A stretch of 64,000 nucleotides of DNA from Diplonema japonicum (taxonomy: Eukaryota > Protista > Euglenozoa: Diplonemea): positions 62,001-126,000 of the forward strand of contig OZ025666.1 in assembly GCA_964019335.1 (NCBI GenBank). Direction: 5' to 3'. The notes under the pieces were generated by a model. That model searched no databases and was not told where the DNA came from. It saw nothing but the letters and a program-made list of their open reading frames with translations. Shown here one piece after another: positions 9,887 to 20,865 of the stretch (position 1 is the stretch's first letter; each line of letters starts with the position of its first letter). Made by a program: the position numbers and the translations under genes.

Positions 9887-12800
9887 ATGTCAGTGGGGAT
9901 TGATGTAGGGAGCAAGACCTTTAGGCTAGTTGGATGGCAGCACGGGCATCCTGATGTCCTCCCCGGCGGGTCCATCCCTGCAGTGTGCGCGGTAGGTGCA
10001 GAGAAATTTTTAGTGGGGAAGGAGGCAGCGAAGGAATTAGACACGAAGCACAACAACACGATTAAGATGCCAATTGCAGACATGAGGAGGGAGAAGTTGT
10101 ACAAGCTGCGGCATCCAAAGAGCGGGAACCGAGAGGCGACGCCTGAGAACGGAATCACCGCTCTGCTGTCATTACTGGAGGAAAAAGCTGCCAAGAAGTA
10201 CGTAAACGTGACACACGCCACACTGGCTGTGCCTTTATCGCTGACATCGGTAGAGAAGAGCCAGCTGAAGGTGGCAGCCGCCGCCGCAGGGTTCGTGTCC
10301 ATCGACATTCTGCCGAGCAACGTGGCAGCCGCCCTGCATTGGGGCGTGGGCTTCTACAAAAACAAGCCTTGTGACACGAGGGTCCTCGTAGTGGACTCAG
10401 GGGCGCGCTTCACCTCCGTGAGCGCTGTGCACCTTGAAATGACCGCTTCGTCTATAACCTTGACAACAGAAGACGCCAAGTCCTTCAGGTACGGCGGTGC
10501 CGACGTCGACAAGCGCATGCTGCACCTCGCCCCCACAGGCACCACTGCCACGCAGAACGTCATCGGGATTGCCATTGAGAAATCAAAGATGGAACTTGCA
10601 TCCCTCAAAGACAGCCAGATACGTATCAAGGACCAGACGCGCGTCATCAAGCGCGACCATCTCTCGGCCGCTGCGGCACCCTTGCTGCGCAGGGTATCGG
10701 GAGCGGCAAAGGCGTTGATCAGGAGCTCGAAGGCAACCATCAGCTCCGCCTTGCTTGTTGGTGGATCCTCCAGGCTTCTGGAAGTGCGGGAGGTGATGGC
10801 GCAGCTGGGCCTGCGTGTAGAAGTGGAGGACTTCGACTACTCAGCATCTATGGGCTCAGTAATGTGGGCTGCTAACATCGTGAACCCCAGCCCGGAGAGA
10901 CCCTACATATCGCAGAGATCGAATGGGAAAGCAGGTTTCCGTTTCTTTGCGCTCGACGGACCTGTGGAGAAGGGGAACCCAGTGTCGGCAACAAAGGTAG
11001 TACCTCTGTTCGAAGATAGCCTCGAGCACACGTTTGAGGAAGGGACATGGTCGGTGTTCCAGCAGTCGCTTGGCACACGGAAGCTGCTTGAGCACTCAGA
11101 ACTGCTCGCGTACTTCATTTGGAACTCAGGCAAGGCGCCCATTTCTGACTCTATTGAGCGAACTATTAAAAAGAAGCCAGACGCTGAGCTTGGCTTACAA
11201 TTCTTAGAATGGCCTGAAGTAGGCCCGCAGTCCCAAGGTGCCTTGGAGCTGATATATGTGAAACCTGGTTCGGATGCTGACAAGCAGGGGCTTAGATCAC
11301 TTTTGGGGTGGCGCTTAGCAACGGTAAATGGCAGGAGTGTTAACAGCAACCAGGAGATCGCAAAGCTGGCTGACGCTACGAAATGTGTGTTTAGGTTCTA
11401 CCGTGAGGGGCTGCCGCCTGCTGCGGGGGATCTTGAGATCGATGATATCACGTACATCGGGTGGACTAGCGGCGGGAAGATTGAGGTGAACGCAGAAGGC
11501 ATAGTCACCACACTGAATAACCCACGCATCCTGCCCACCGTGAGCGACCTTGTGGACAGGTTAGAGGAAGACGCGTCGGTTGCCCAGACCATCAGGGCCT
11601 TCTCTGAGTCGCGGAACGATCTTGAGGCTGCCACCCTGCGTCTGCTCGATTGCGGACTGGAGCCGGAGGACTTGAAGGATGTCTGTGACAACGCGACGCA
11701 TTATTTCGACCTTGCGCAGAACTGGCTGGATTCCGATTCGGCAGCCAAAGAGGTGAAAGCGGAAGACGTATCAGCCCTTGCCAGCTTCGTGAACACCATT
11801 GTCGACGCCAAAGAAGACGATTCCCTCGCTTGCACTGTCAACGACTTGGAGGCGGAGCTCAATTCAACAACACCCATCTGTGCACCTGGTAAAATGAAAA
11901 ATATCCGCGGTTCACGCAAATGGGGCATCGTTGCTAGAAAACGGAATACCATCCTCAAGATGAGCAAGCCGAGATCGATCGAAAAGGGCATGAACAAAAA
12001 GACCAGTCTGCAAGACATGACGAAGAAGCCAAGTGTCGAAAACGAGAAGAGCAAATCCAAGGGTTGGAGCGCTCTTGCGAAGAAGGGTACCATGATGGCA
12101 AGAATGAACCTCTTGAGGAATAAACCCCCGGGATCCCCCAAAGCGGGACCCTCTAGTCCGAAGATGGCACCGTCCAGCCCAAGAGCAGGGCCCAAGTCCA
12201 TGGGTAGTCCTTACATGAGGCCTGCAAGCCCACGTGCTGGACCATTGAGCCCAAGGATGAAACCGAAGGGGGGTGCACACAGCCCGAAGATGAAACCGAT
12301 GCCGCTGCCAAGAGGAAGCAAGTGGATGAAGGTGATCGACGCCGTCGATACAAAGAAGAAGAAGAAGGGCAAGAGCAGAGATGGGAAGATGTCCCCGTTC
12401 CTCGGGGCTGCAGTCAGCCCCAGCACCAGCCCTGTTACCGACCCGAAGCCAAAAGCAGGACTGAAAAGTGGGAGTAAGTGGCGCGGGTTGCTAGGCAAAA
12501 TTGACAGCAAGACAAGCAAAACCAGTAAGAGCAGCAGAAGCAGCAAGGGAAGCAGCAGGGAAAAGGTTTCGCCGTTCTTGAGCTCGCGTGGCAGCCCCAG
12601 TCAAAGTCCTAGCCAGAGCCCGATGGTGATGCCGAGGAGGAGCCCTTCGGCAAGCCCTGTGCGGGTGGGCAGTGCAGACTTCCTCAACGTCGACAAGCCG
12701 AGCACAAAGCCAAGGAGTCCCACCAAGTCAGAGAAGTCGGTTTCAGACGAATCCGAAATCATTTTGCCCATCCCGAAATCTACTTTCGGTGAGAGTCCTA

Positions 12801-14209
12801 AACAAGATGCACTCAAGCACCCCTCGCAATCATCCTTTGCGTCCATGCCACTCAAAGAACATCCCTCGCAGTCCTCCTTCAGTGAGAGCCCTAAGCTCCC
12901 AGCCGATACTCCTAAGGAGCCCTCTCCGCAGCCTTCCTTCAGCGAGAGTCCTAAACTGGATCCGAATGCAGTACTTGTCGGCACCTTCAACCTTACCCCA
13001 AAGAGCAGTCCCATCTCGGCACCCAGCAAGGAGCCAAGCATCATCTCGGCACCTAGCAACGAGCCAAGCATCATCTCGGCACCCAGCAAGGAGCCAAGCA
13101 TCATCTCGGCACCCAGCAAAGAACCAAGCGTCGCGTCTGTCCCCAACGGGAAAAATATCAACAGATTGCTGCAGCCTAGACTGACCGAAGGACTGCAGGG
13201 CCACCACCAGCGCCTCCTGAGCCCGAAGCTCGTTCCCGTAATCTTTAAACCCGAACCTGAACCTAAAAAGAAGACACCACCTTTTGAGAACAGCATCGTG
13301 TCGCACCTCTCGACTTTGAACTCGACAGAAAGAGTGCCAAACAGATCGGCGAGCCTGCAGAGCCTCCCTCTTGCGGCAAGATCGAGGACCTCATCTCTGG
13401 AGCCTCCTGTCGAACCTACTCCAACACCGACACCACCACCACCACCACCTGCTGACTCCTCACCTGCATATCCTGAGCGGGTCTCTATGCCGTCAGTGTC
13501 GCCGTTGCCGCTGAGGGGGATTTTGAAGGATGCACAGAAAATGGACAGTTCAAGGACACCAGGGACCACTCCAAGAACACCAAGAACACCGGCAAAGAGC
13601 AGGGATGCTCACTCCAGGTCGCCATCGAGGGAAGCTGTCACGCCCCGAGGGCACACGGAGAGGGAACCGCACAGGTTTGGGCAGACACCCCGGCAGTTCG
13701 ACAGGTACAGGACAGCGAAGACGTCGCCAGCACGGGGGACTAGCACGCCGAGGTCTGCGAGGACCCCGAGGGGGAGCGGGTTTGCATCGTCGCTGCCGGA
13801 GTACACGCCGCGTGGCACCAATCTGCCGTCGTTCGCGCAAGCGCCCTCCATCACTGCTGTGTCAACACCGGCTAGTGACTTCTTGACCCCACGGGAGCTG
13901 AGGAGGAACATCATGAGGGACAGGTCCCGGTCCCTGACGCCCAGGGCTACCCCGCGCAAGTCGACCTCGCGGTCGCCTGTGAGGCGCTTCATCCACAGCT
14001 CGCCCGCCGTCCCCATGAGACGCTCCCCGTCAGCTCCTACTGCGCTTCGCTCAAGAGCAACCATGTACTTCTCAGTGCCGGGCCCTGAGCCTGCACCCTG
14101 TAGGTGGCCAAAGCGCACGCCGTCTCCCGCCATTAAGAAGCTGAGGACGTCCTCTAATACTCCTCGGTCCAGGTGGGACGCCTTCGAGACCCCACGCACC
14201 TATAACTGA
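9887..14209 (+). CDS. Divergent Hsp70-like protein with a PDZ-like insertion and long Ser/Pro/Arg-rich tail
   Basis: VGIDVGSKT, VLVVDSGARFT and LLVGGSSRL match the actin/Hsp70 nucleotide-binding motifs; ELGLQF...YVKPGSDADKQGLRSLLGWRLATVNG is PDZ-like. Confidence 0.8.
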   Translation: MSVGIDVGSKTFRLVGWQHGHPDVLPGGSIPAVCAVGAEKFLVGKEAAKELDTKHNNTIKMPIADMRREKLYKLRHPKSGNREATPENGITALLSLLEEKAAKKYVNVTHATLAVPLSLTSVEKSQLKVAAAAAGFVSIDILPSNVAAALHWGVGFYKNKPCDTRVLVVDSGARFTSVSAVHLEMTASSITLTTEDAKSFRYGGADVDKRMLHLAPTGTTATQNVIGIAIEKSKMELASLKDSQIRIKDQTRVIKRDHLSAAAAPLLRRVSGAAKALIRSSKATISSALLVGGSSRLLEVREVMAQLGLRVEVEDFDYSASMGSVMWAANIVNPSPERPYISQRSNGKAGFRFFALDGPVEKGNPVSATKVVPLFEDSLEHTFEEGTWSVFQQSLGTRKLLEHSELLAYFIWNSGKAPISDSIERTIKKKPDAELGLQFLEWPEVGPQSQGALELIYVKPGSDADKQGLRSLLGWRLATVNGRSVNSNQEIAKLADATKCVFRFYREGLPPAAGDLEIDDITYIGWTSGGKIEVNAEGIVTTLNNPRILPTVSDLVDRLEEDASVAQTIRAFSESRNDLEAATLRLLDCGLEPEDLKDVCDNATHYFDLAQNWLDSDSAAKEVKAEDVSALASFVNTIVDAKEDDSLACTVNDLEAELNSTTPICAPGKMKNIRGSRKWGIVARKRNTILKMSKPRSIEKGMNKKTSLQDMTKKPSVENEKSKSKGWSALAKKGTMMARMNLLRNKPPGSPKAGPSSPKMAPSSPRAGPKSMGSPYMRPASPRAGPLSPRMKPKGGAHSPKMKPMPLPRGSKWMKVIDAVDTKKKKKGKSRDGKMSPFLGAAVSPSTSPVTDPKPKAGLKSGSKWRGLLGKIDSKTSKTSKSSRSSKGSSREKVSPFLSSRGSPSQSPSQSPMVMPRRSPSASPVRVGSADFLNVDKPSTKPRSPTKSEKSVSDESEIILPIPKSTFGESPKQDALKHPSQSSFASMPLKEHPSQSSFSESPKLPADTPKEPSPQPSFSESPKLDPNAVLVGTFNLTPKSSPISAPSKEPSIISAPSNEPSIISAPSKEPSIISAPSKEPSVASVPNGKNINRLLQPRLTEGLQGHHQRLLSPKLVPVIFKPEPEPKKKTPPFENSIVSHLSTLNSTERVPNRSASLQSLPLAARSRTSSLEPPVEPTPTPTPPPPPPADSSPAYPERVSMPSVSPLPLRGILKDAQKMDSSRTPGTTPRTPRTPAKSRDAHSRSPSREAVTPRGHTEREPHRFGQTPRQFDRYRTAKTSPARGTSTPRSARTPRGSGFASSLPEYTPRGTNLPSFAQAPSITAVSTPASDFLTPRELRRNIMRDRSRSLTPRATPRKSTSRSPVRRFIHSSPAVPMRRSPSAPTALRSRATMYFSVPGPEPAPCRWPKRTPSPAIKKLRTSSNTPRSRWDAFETPRTYN
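13013..13129 (+). repeat. 30-nt coding tandem repeat, 4 copies (ISAPSKEPSI)
   Basis: atctcggcacccagcaaggagccaagcatc repeated with few substitutions. Confidence 0.9.
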
Positions 14210-15114
14210 GGATACCGCTACCCGTCTTTTGTTGCTTTTTTGCTCGCCCACGTTTATAGTTTTTTTTTTTCTTTGGTTTTTTTTCTCCTTCTTTTTTTTT
14301 TGTACCTACCCCCCCCCCCCCCCCCCCCCACATACGTCCCTTATAAGATATGAGAATCCCCGAAACATGCCTACTGGCTGTCGCCTGTCTTGCGTTCGGG
14401 GAGGAGAAGGAGGAGAATAAAGAAGAATAAATTGTGTCCCATTTGCTCCTTGCCTTGTTGGGATGGGATCATGTAGAAGAAAGAACTGAAACTAAAAAGA
14501 AGAAAAAAAAAGAGATCGCCCTTGCATCACCACCCCCCTCTTTCCTGTTTCCCTTTTTTTTTATTCATCCCGTACAATAGCCATTTTTGTGTTTTTTTCT
14601 TTTTACCCCCCCGTTTTTTCACGTTCCAGAAAGACTAAAAAAAGAAATAATGATGGACTGTGGAGGGAAGGGGGTCTTTTTTTTTAAAAAAAAAGAGAAA
14701 ACGAGAAGAAGAAAAAAGAGAATAAAAAAAAGCTGCTGCCAGTCTTTTTTTGGTCTACGGGAATTCCCTTTCAACCCCCCCCCTTTTTTTTACGTTTTCC
14801 CCCATCTGTACCCTTGGCATTCCCCTTGCTTGTGGGTCCACTCCCATTGTGTTTGAGACAAGCTTGATTAAAGATGTCTGACTTTTTTTCTTCTTTTTTT
14901 TTTTCGTTTCTTCTTTCTTTTCGCTAAAGAAAAGGCGGTGGGCAACGCGCTCCGGAAGATGGGGATGAACGTTTTGAAAAAACAAAGAAAAAATGAAATA
15001 GAGGTCAAAGGGGAGTTGGCACTTGTCGCCTGTTCCCCTCCTCTTATTTTTTAATTTTTTTTTTTTTGTAAGAGTAGAAACAAAAAACGGAGGAAAATAA
15101 AAAAAAAAAAAATA

Positions 15115-15696
15115 GGGAAAAACAACGTACACGGTAACCAAATAACTTTTCTCCACCGTCGCCTTAAACCTCCAACTTTTTTTCCACCATCCACGGTAAC
15201 CTACAACTTTTTTTCCACTTTTTACTGTAACCACCAACAATTTCCCTGGGACTACAACCGGGACAGCACTTCGAGGAGTGATTGTGGCTGTGGCGCAGCG
15301 GTTGAGTAATAAAGGTTTTTACAAGTTGCTGCATTTATTTTCCCCTTCTCTCTCACTTCGCTTCCTCTTTGCTGGCCTGCCTATCTGTGACTTCGTGACA
15401 ACAGGGGGCTTGAGGTCATCCTTGGCTTTAAATCGTCTTTGGAAATCGCCCTTGCCAACTTCCAGGAGAAATTCTTGGTGTCTTTTTCGAGCCCACACGT
15501 TTTTCCCAAGTGCACACACACCTCCACCGTGGACGTTGGAAAAAAAGTTGTGGGTTTCCGTGGACGGTGGAAAAGAAGTTCTTACTTACATGGTTTAGTG
15601 GAAATAAAAATAGGTTACCGTAAACAGTGGTGGAAATTCTGCTTACAGACTTGAGTGGAAAAAAGTTATTTGGCTACCGTGGACGTTGTTTTTCTC
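15115..15696 (-). mobile_element. Non-autonomous Mutator-like (MULE) element, 582 bp
   Basis: ~40-bp TIRs (GGGAAAAACAACGTACACGGTAACCAAATAACTTTT / AAAAGTTATTTGGCTACCGTGGACGTTGTTTTTCTC) with subterminal repeats; 9-bp flanks AAAAAAATA/AAAATAATA (8/9); internal - strand remnant PPVVTKSQIGRPAKRKRS..KCSN resembles a MULE transposase C-terminus. Confidence 0.8.
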
Positions 15697-15975
15697 AAAA
15701 TAATAATAAAAAAAACACTTTACAAACCGCCACCCTGCTCCCTCTTTTCTATTTTTTTTTTTCTGAATTATGTGAATTTCATTACCCCCCCTTTTTTTTT
15801 ACTTTCCCTCCTGCCCATATTCCCCCCTTGCACCAGTACTGCAGCCCGTCATATGCCCTTCCCCTTCCCCTTTCCCCTGACCCCACTGACCAAACATTCA
15901 TATTTGTTTAAATTTTATAACTTGTTTTCTTTATTCCTGCACTTTTGAAATTTCTTCCCACCAGACCCGTAACCC

Positions 15976-16638
15976 ATGGCGGCACCCCCTGTGGGAGCTG
16001 GGTCGCTAGCAACTTTGAAGGTTAATGGCAGCCTTCCTGAGTACAGACTGCGCGACTTATCTGCTGTAAGGGGTGGGGAAGAGGTGCAAGCTAGGGTTGC
16101 TACCTTAGAGAGAATTCTTGGCGCGAAAGAAGAAGAATGCAGAAGGCTGCACGAAGAAGTGGAGCGGCTGCACAGCCGAGTGAGGGAACTAGAGGGCAGG
16201 GGGAGTGACAAGGGTGTGGAACTTGTGCTGAAGCGGCTGTATGAAGAGAACGAAGCGTTGAAAAGAACAATGAAAGGCACGAGCCAACCTTTAGAAGTCG
16301 TTGTCACACCTCCAGGAGCCCCACCTCCTGTGCATCACACACACGTAGCTCCTTTGCCGGCGCTGCCTACGACCCCGCCCAGACTATCGCAGTATGACGA
16401 ATTAGCTCTCTTTGAGACCTTTGTGCAGCAAGGCAACCTTGATGCCTACACGAACGCACCCCAACCGACCTCATCCCCGCCTCCACAACCACACACGGTC
16501 CCTCCTCAGGGCTCTCCTATCTGGGCATCCTCCCCATCTGCCAAACCTGTTGTCTGCCCCCTTGGTCCTAGCTGCCTCGACTCCCGTTGCGCCCTCACCC
16601 ACACCTCGGCCCTCGTCGCCAACTCTGTCATGCCCTAA
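15976..16638 (+). CDS. Hypothetical protein: coiled coil, Pro-rich linker, C-terminal CCCH-like finger
   Basis: 220-aa ORF; heptad region; CPLGPSCLDSRCALTH. Confidence 0.75.
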   Translation: MAAPPVGAGSLATLKVNGSLPEYRLRDLSAVRGGEEVQARVATLERILGAKEEECRRLHEEVERLHSRVRELEGRGSDKGVELVLKRLYEENEALKRTMKGTSQPLEVVVTPPGAPPPVHHTHVAPLPALPTTPPRLSQYDELALFETFVQQGNLDAYTNAPQPTSSPPPQPHTVPPQGSPIWASSPSAKPVVCPLGPSCLDSRCALTHTSALVANSVMP

Positions 16639-16702
16639 CGCTTGTAGCTTGTTGTAGCATTGTAGTCTGTAGACCACTTAACACTCACAAAGAAGGTTCA
16701 AA

Positions 16703-17698
16703 ATGCCAGGCAACCCCAACTACGACGACCCCCCATGGACGTCAACCGTCAACTTCGAAATGCCAGTCGACTCCAACGTCCATGTGCTCACGATGGACAT
16801 GGAAAGCATCATAGGCAGTGGGGAATTAAATGCGAAGCCTGCAGATGAGGACAAGGTGGCGCTTGTTGTGAAGAAGGGCGAGGTGTTGCTCAAGAATTAC
16901 AGTGAAAATGAGTACTCGTTTGTGATGACGCTGCCAGAGAGTGCACGGTGCACGGACAGCGAGGGGGGTGTGTATGGGATGACGTGGTACACAACAGACG
17001 ACGACAACGAGATGATCGACATCTTCACCTTCGTGGTGCATGTGAAGTCTGGCATGTGGTTGCGTCCGTTTAAGATTCGTGAGAAGGCCACTAAGAAGTC
17101 GTTGAGGAGTGAAGGCGCGTGTTGGGCAATGATGCCAGACACTCACCACCCGGACCCTTTTCCAGACACGGGATATCTGCAAATAGCCTTTCCGATCACC
17201 GGGGATGAGGGGCAGAGTTGGAGGTGTGGACAGGGCTTTGGGGGTGGGCTGACGCACTATGGCGACATGAACTGCCATTCAGTGGACTTCGAGTGCGAAG
17301 AGGGGACAACAGTTGTGGCGGTGCTGCCAGGGGTGGTGACTGCGGTAGAAGACTCGCATGAAAATAGCGGGGGGCACGTGATGCACCTGTTCAGTGGGTA
17401 CAACCAAGTCATCGTGGCACACGAGGATGGCACAGAAGCATGCTACTTGCACCTCCAACGCAACTCTATCCTCGTCACGATCGGCCAGGCTGTCATCAAA
17501 GGCCAGCACCTAGCCAGCACGGGCTCCGTCGGCTTCGCGCCATGGCCGCACATCCACTTCCAGCTCAACAAGTCATCGAAAACTACAAACAAAGACGAAA
17601 TCGGCGCTTCCGTCCCCTTTGTGTTCGAGTCTCCCTCGCAGCCTTTCATCCCTGTGGCAGGGTATGACTACTCAAAGACAGGCAGAGTCACGACTTGA
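16703..17698 (+). CDS. Peptidase M23 (LytM-type) domain protein
   Basis: HSVDFECEEGTTVVAVLPGVV, NQVIVAHEDGTEACYLHL, VTIGQAVIKGQHLASTGSVGFAPWPHIHF (HxH zinc motif). Confidence 0.85.
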   Translation: MPGNPNYDDPPWTSTVNFEMPVDSNVHVLTMDMESIIGSGELNAKPADEDKVALVVKKGEVLLKNYSENEYSFVMTLPESARCTDSEGGVYGMTWYTTDDDNEMIDIFTFVVHVKSGMWLRPFKIREKATKKSLRSEGACWAMMPDTHHPDPFPDTGYLQIAFPITGDEGQSWRCGQGFGGGLTHYGDMNCHSVDFECEEGTTVVAVLPGVVTAVEDSHENSGGHVMHLFSGYNQVIVAHEDGTEACYLHLQRNSILVTIGQAVIKGQHLASTGSVGFAPWPHIHFQLNKSSKTTNKDEIGASVPFVFESPSQPFIPVAGYDYSKTGRVTT

Positions 17699-17864
17699 TA
17701 GTCCTGTTCCGTTATTTTCTTCATAAATTTCTCACCTGAAACTCACGCACAACTAACATACTTAAGGTCATGAAATACACAAAAGAATAAGTTAATAAGA
17801 GAAGAAAACAAAAAGGGGTTCAAGACGAACATAAAAAAAAAAGAAAAAGAAAACCACATAAAAG

Positions 17865-19955
17865 ATGCTCCCTTTCCTGTACTACCTGCTTTTGCTGTGT
17901 GATGTGTGCGATGCAGGGAATGCCACGTCTGCGATCCATGACGAGGGGACAAACCCCACCACACGCAGGATGATCGTGCTTGTCGTGGTACCTTTCTCGG
18001 CTGCCATGCTCTACGTAGGCCTGAGGACGTATTATCCCAACTTTGAGTTTAAAGAGCCGGTACCATCCTCTACTTCGGAACCCGCCCAGACCCAAAAGGT
18101 CCCTGGGTGGTGGGAGGGCGGTGCTCTTGGGTCTGGCAAAGACATACAGAACCTGCCAAAGGGCGACGTAGAAAACTTCCTCCAAGAAGCACGCAAGGAT
18201 GAAGAGAATGAAGTAGAGCGGTGGGTGCAAGAGCAGAAACAACATCGGCAGCCAAAATCACCCATTGAGCAGATGCCGCAGCCGTCCGAGATCACCAACT
18301 CGTGGGTTGCCGTTCAGAACCTGCAGATACAGGAAGAGGTTGCGCGGAGTGACGTCCAGGGGATCGCCACAGAGGAGTGGTGGAATCTTGCTAGGGAACG
18401 CGATCTCGGGAAGAAAAAAGTTGAAATGGTGCAGAGAAGGGACATTGAAGAGGAGGAGGCAACGGTAAGAAAAACTCTTGACGATGAACAGGAAGAGTTT
18501 TTCACACACCACATGATGGTACTGTGGAGTGACATGGCAGCAAAGTCCTCCTTACAAGAACAGGAGGTCGATATGAGATACACTGTCATTTTCGAGGAGG
18601 CTAGTGAGCGGCGTGGCATCGCCGGTGATGAGTTCGAGATGCGCATCTTTGCTGCGACGCACGCTGACCGTGCGGACATTGAAACGGAACAAGCAACGCA
18701 GCGCAAAGTCATGCTCGCTGAGCAGTTAGACTGTTTCCATACACTCCTAAAGCATTTCGACACCGGCTATTTCGAGACGATCGAAACCCTCAACCGGCAA
18801 GTCCTCACCCTCTCGGAGCAGGTGGAAAAGACTTCCAGGCTGACGAGATTTGTTGCTATCTCGGAGCAGGAGGTGCGCACCATGACGATGCTGGAAGAGG
18901 TGGCAGAGGGGCACCTCCTGGAGTGCATCTACGAGGGGGCCAAAATCATGAGAATGGAAGAGATGGCGAGAGGAAAGTTAAAGAACAAGGAACGGGAGAC
19001 CAAGCGTGTGCTGACTATCGTGCAGATGGTCGTCGTAGTCGACGGTGCGATAGTAAGGGCGGCAAGAGACAGGAAATCGCAGCAGATCACCCGCCTTGAG
19101 CGAGGCACAGTCGTGAATGTGGAAGAAATCCAAGCTGGGCGAGCGTTGCTTTCAAACCCAAGGGGCTGGGTGTCTATAAAGAGCCAAGCGGGGATGGCTA
19201 TTTTAGAACTTTTAGAAAAGGAGGACACTAAGAAGGAGGAAAGTAAAAAAGAAGCAATTGAAGAACCCCTCTCGCTGCCTCCGTTGCCACCGTCTGCACA
19301 AGAGGAGATGCACGAGACAGAGTCGGAAGCAGAGCCAACGAAGTCACCGAGTCCACCTAATGCCCCTGCTCCGGCTCCTGTACCCGCTCCTGTTGCAACC
19401 CCTAAGGCACAGCCTGCCATTGTCAATGTGCACCATGAGACTGCTTCAGATGTCGCTGAGAGTCCTGCCCCCCGCTCGCCCACCTTGTCGTACGCAGGCA
19501 GCACGAGCACTATGGGTTCCAATCTCATTGACGATTTCTGCGAGGTAGTTTTGCACAAGGACCGCCCTGAGCAGAAGATCGGTATCTGCTTCGCCACTGG
19601 GTCCCGCCTTGTCCTTGAGCACTGCATTGACGGTTCTGCGTCTCAAATCTGTGGCCTCGACAGAGTGCTTGGGCACCGCCTTATTAAGATAAACGGCACA
19701 CGTGTCACCGAGAAATCGCACATTGCACCCTTCGCGAGAGAAGAGACACTGCATCTCATGTTCTCGAAAGCCCCCGACCCGGGATGGAACGCACACACTC
19801 AGAAATGGAAACCACGTACTTCTTCGCCATCTGCTGTCGCCGGGGAGCTGGCGTCAGCCACTTTGTCAGGCTTAAGGGGGCTGCGGAAAGTAGCTGCCCA
19901 AGCGATGAGCCAGGAAAGACCGAGTACACCACATGTGGTGAAGAAACATGAGTAG
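17865..19955 (+). CDS. Membrane protein with coiled coil, SH3b-like and PDZ-like domains
   Basis: Signal peptide plus TM; GAIVRAARDRKSQQITRLERGTVVNVEEIQAGRALLSNPRGWVS (SH3b-like); VVLHKDRPEQKIGICF...GHRLIKINGTRV (PDZ-like). Confidence 0.75.
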   Translation: MLPFLYYLLLLCDVCDAGNATSAIHDEGTNPTTRRMIVLVVVPFSAAMLYVGLRTYYPNFEFKEPVPSSTSEPAQTQKVPGWWEGGALGSGKDIQNLPKGDVENFLQEARKDEENEVERWVQEQKQHRQPKSPIEQMPQPSEITNSWVAVQNLQIQEEVARSDVQGIATEEWWNLARERDLGKKKVEMVQRRDIEEEEATVRKTLDDEQEEFFTHHMMVLWSDMAAKSSLQEQEVDMRYTVIFEEASERRGIAGDEFEMRIFAATHADRADIETEQATQRKVMLAEQLDCFHTLLKHFDTGYFETIETLNRQVLTLSEQVEKTSRLTRFVAISEQEVRTMTMLEEVAEGHLLECIYEGAKIMRMEEMARGKLKNKERETKRVLTIVQMVVVVDGAIVRAARDRKSQQITRLERGTVVNVEEIQAGRALLSNPRGWVSIKSQAGMAILELLEKEDTKKEESKKEAIEEPLSLPPLPPSAQEEMHETESEAEPTKSPSPPNAPAPAPVPAPVATPKAQPAIVNVHHETASDVAESPAPRSPTLSYAGSTSTMGSNLIDDFCEVVLHKDRPEQKIGICFATGSRLVLEHCIDGSASQICGLDRVLGHRLIKINGTRVTEKSHIAPFAREETLHLMFSKAPDPGWNAHTQKWKPRTSSPSAVAGELASATLSGLRGLRKVAAQAMSQERPSTPHVVKKHE

Positions 19956-20078
19956 ATGGTGGAGTGTTTTTTTTTTCTTTTTTTTTTCTTCTTAGTGTAT
20001 CTATCTTTCTGTCTTATGCATTCTTATTCATTCTTGCTCTCGTTCACAGTCAGCACCAGGAACGTACCACACGAGTTG

Positions 20079-20627
20079 ATGGAGACGTTGTTCCACTTAC
20101 AAAGTCTGGCGAAATTGGCGGAATGGGGAAGGGGGGGATTCCAGGTGGGGTCACTGACGAGAGTGCTATCGGGTGGAGCGGAGCAGGAAGCGGTGTTGTT
20201 GAGGTTTATGCAGGATGTACACAGACTGGGGTACAGCTATCAAGACTTGATGATGATGCATGAAGATGATCTGAAGCAACTATTCGATGAGATGTGCCTC
20301 TGTGTAAGAGACAGAGTGGTGATCAGAGGCGCCGTGGCCTTCCCGAGCGAGGTCCTGGATTCATTCTTAAGTATCTTGAAGTTCTCTGCTGTGGTTATCG
20401 TTTTCTCTGCACGGTTGGCACGCACTGTTTCGCGTCTTGTGACCCGACCCATCCCCCTCATTCTAACCTTGAGCTTTGGCTCTCTTGTGTACCAATACCT
20501 TCTTACCAACGACATGCAGCGTGTCTGGGAACAAGGCAGACAACGTGCCGAGAACCTGATGCCCTCCCCACAGCGTGATGACGTCGACGATGACGACGAT
20601 GACAGTTACAGTGTTGGAAACGACTGA
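20079..20627 (+). CDS. Hypothetical membrane protein with SAM-like segment
   Basis: Likely start ATG 20079 after a TCACAG acceptor; LGYSYQDLMMMHEDDLKQLFDEM is SAM-like; two hydrophobic segments; acidic tail. Confidence 0.6.
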   Translation: METLFHLQSLAKLAEWGRGGFQVGSLTRVLSGGAEQEAVLLRFMQDVHRLGYSYQDLMMMHEDDLKQLFDEMCLCVRDRVVIRGAVAFPSEVLDSFLSILKFSAVVIVFSARLARTVSRLVTRPIPLILTLSFGSLVYQYLLTNDMQRVWEQGRQRAENLMPSPQRDDVDDDDDDSYSVGND

Positions 20628-20865
20628 GCTGCTTCGTGTCCAGCACCCAGTGTTCCCGTCATCCTAATGGAGATGGGCGATAGACACAAAATGTGCCCGC
20701 AAAGGTCGACCAGTACCCTGCTCGGGAGAAGTTATCGTATCCAACGTTCTGTGTTATTTGTTTTATTTTTCCTTGCCGCCTTTTCTTAATTTTCTGTGTG
20801 ATTTTTTTATCCCTCCCCCTGCTCTACCAAACACAATCCCGCAGGGCCTCCCCAGCCCGCCCAAT

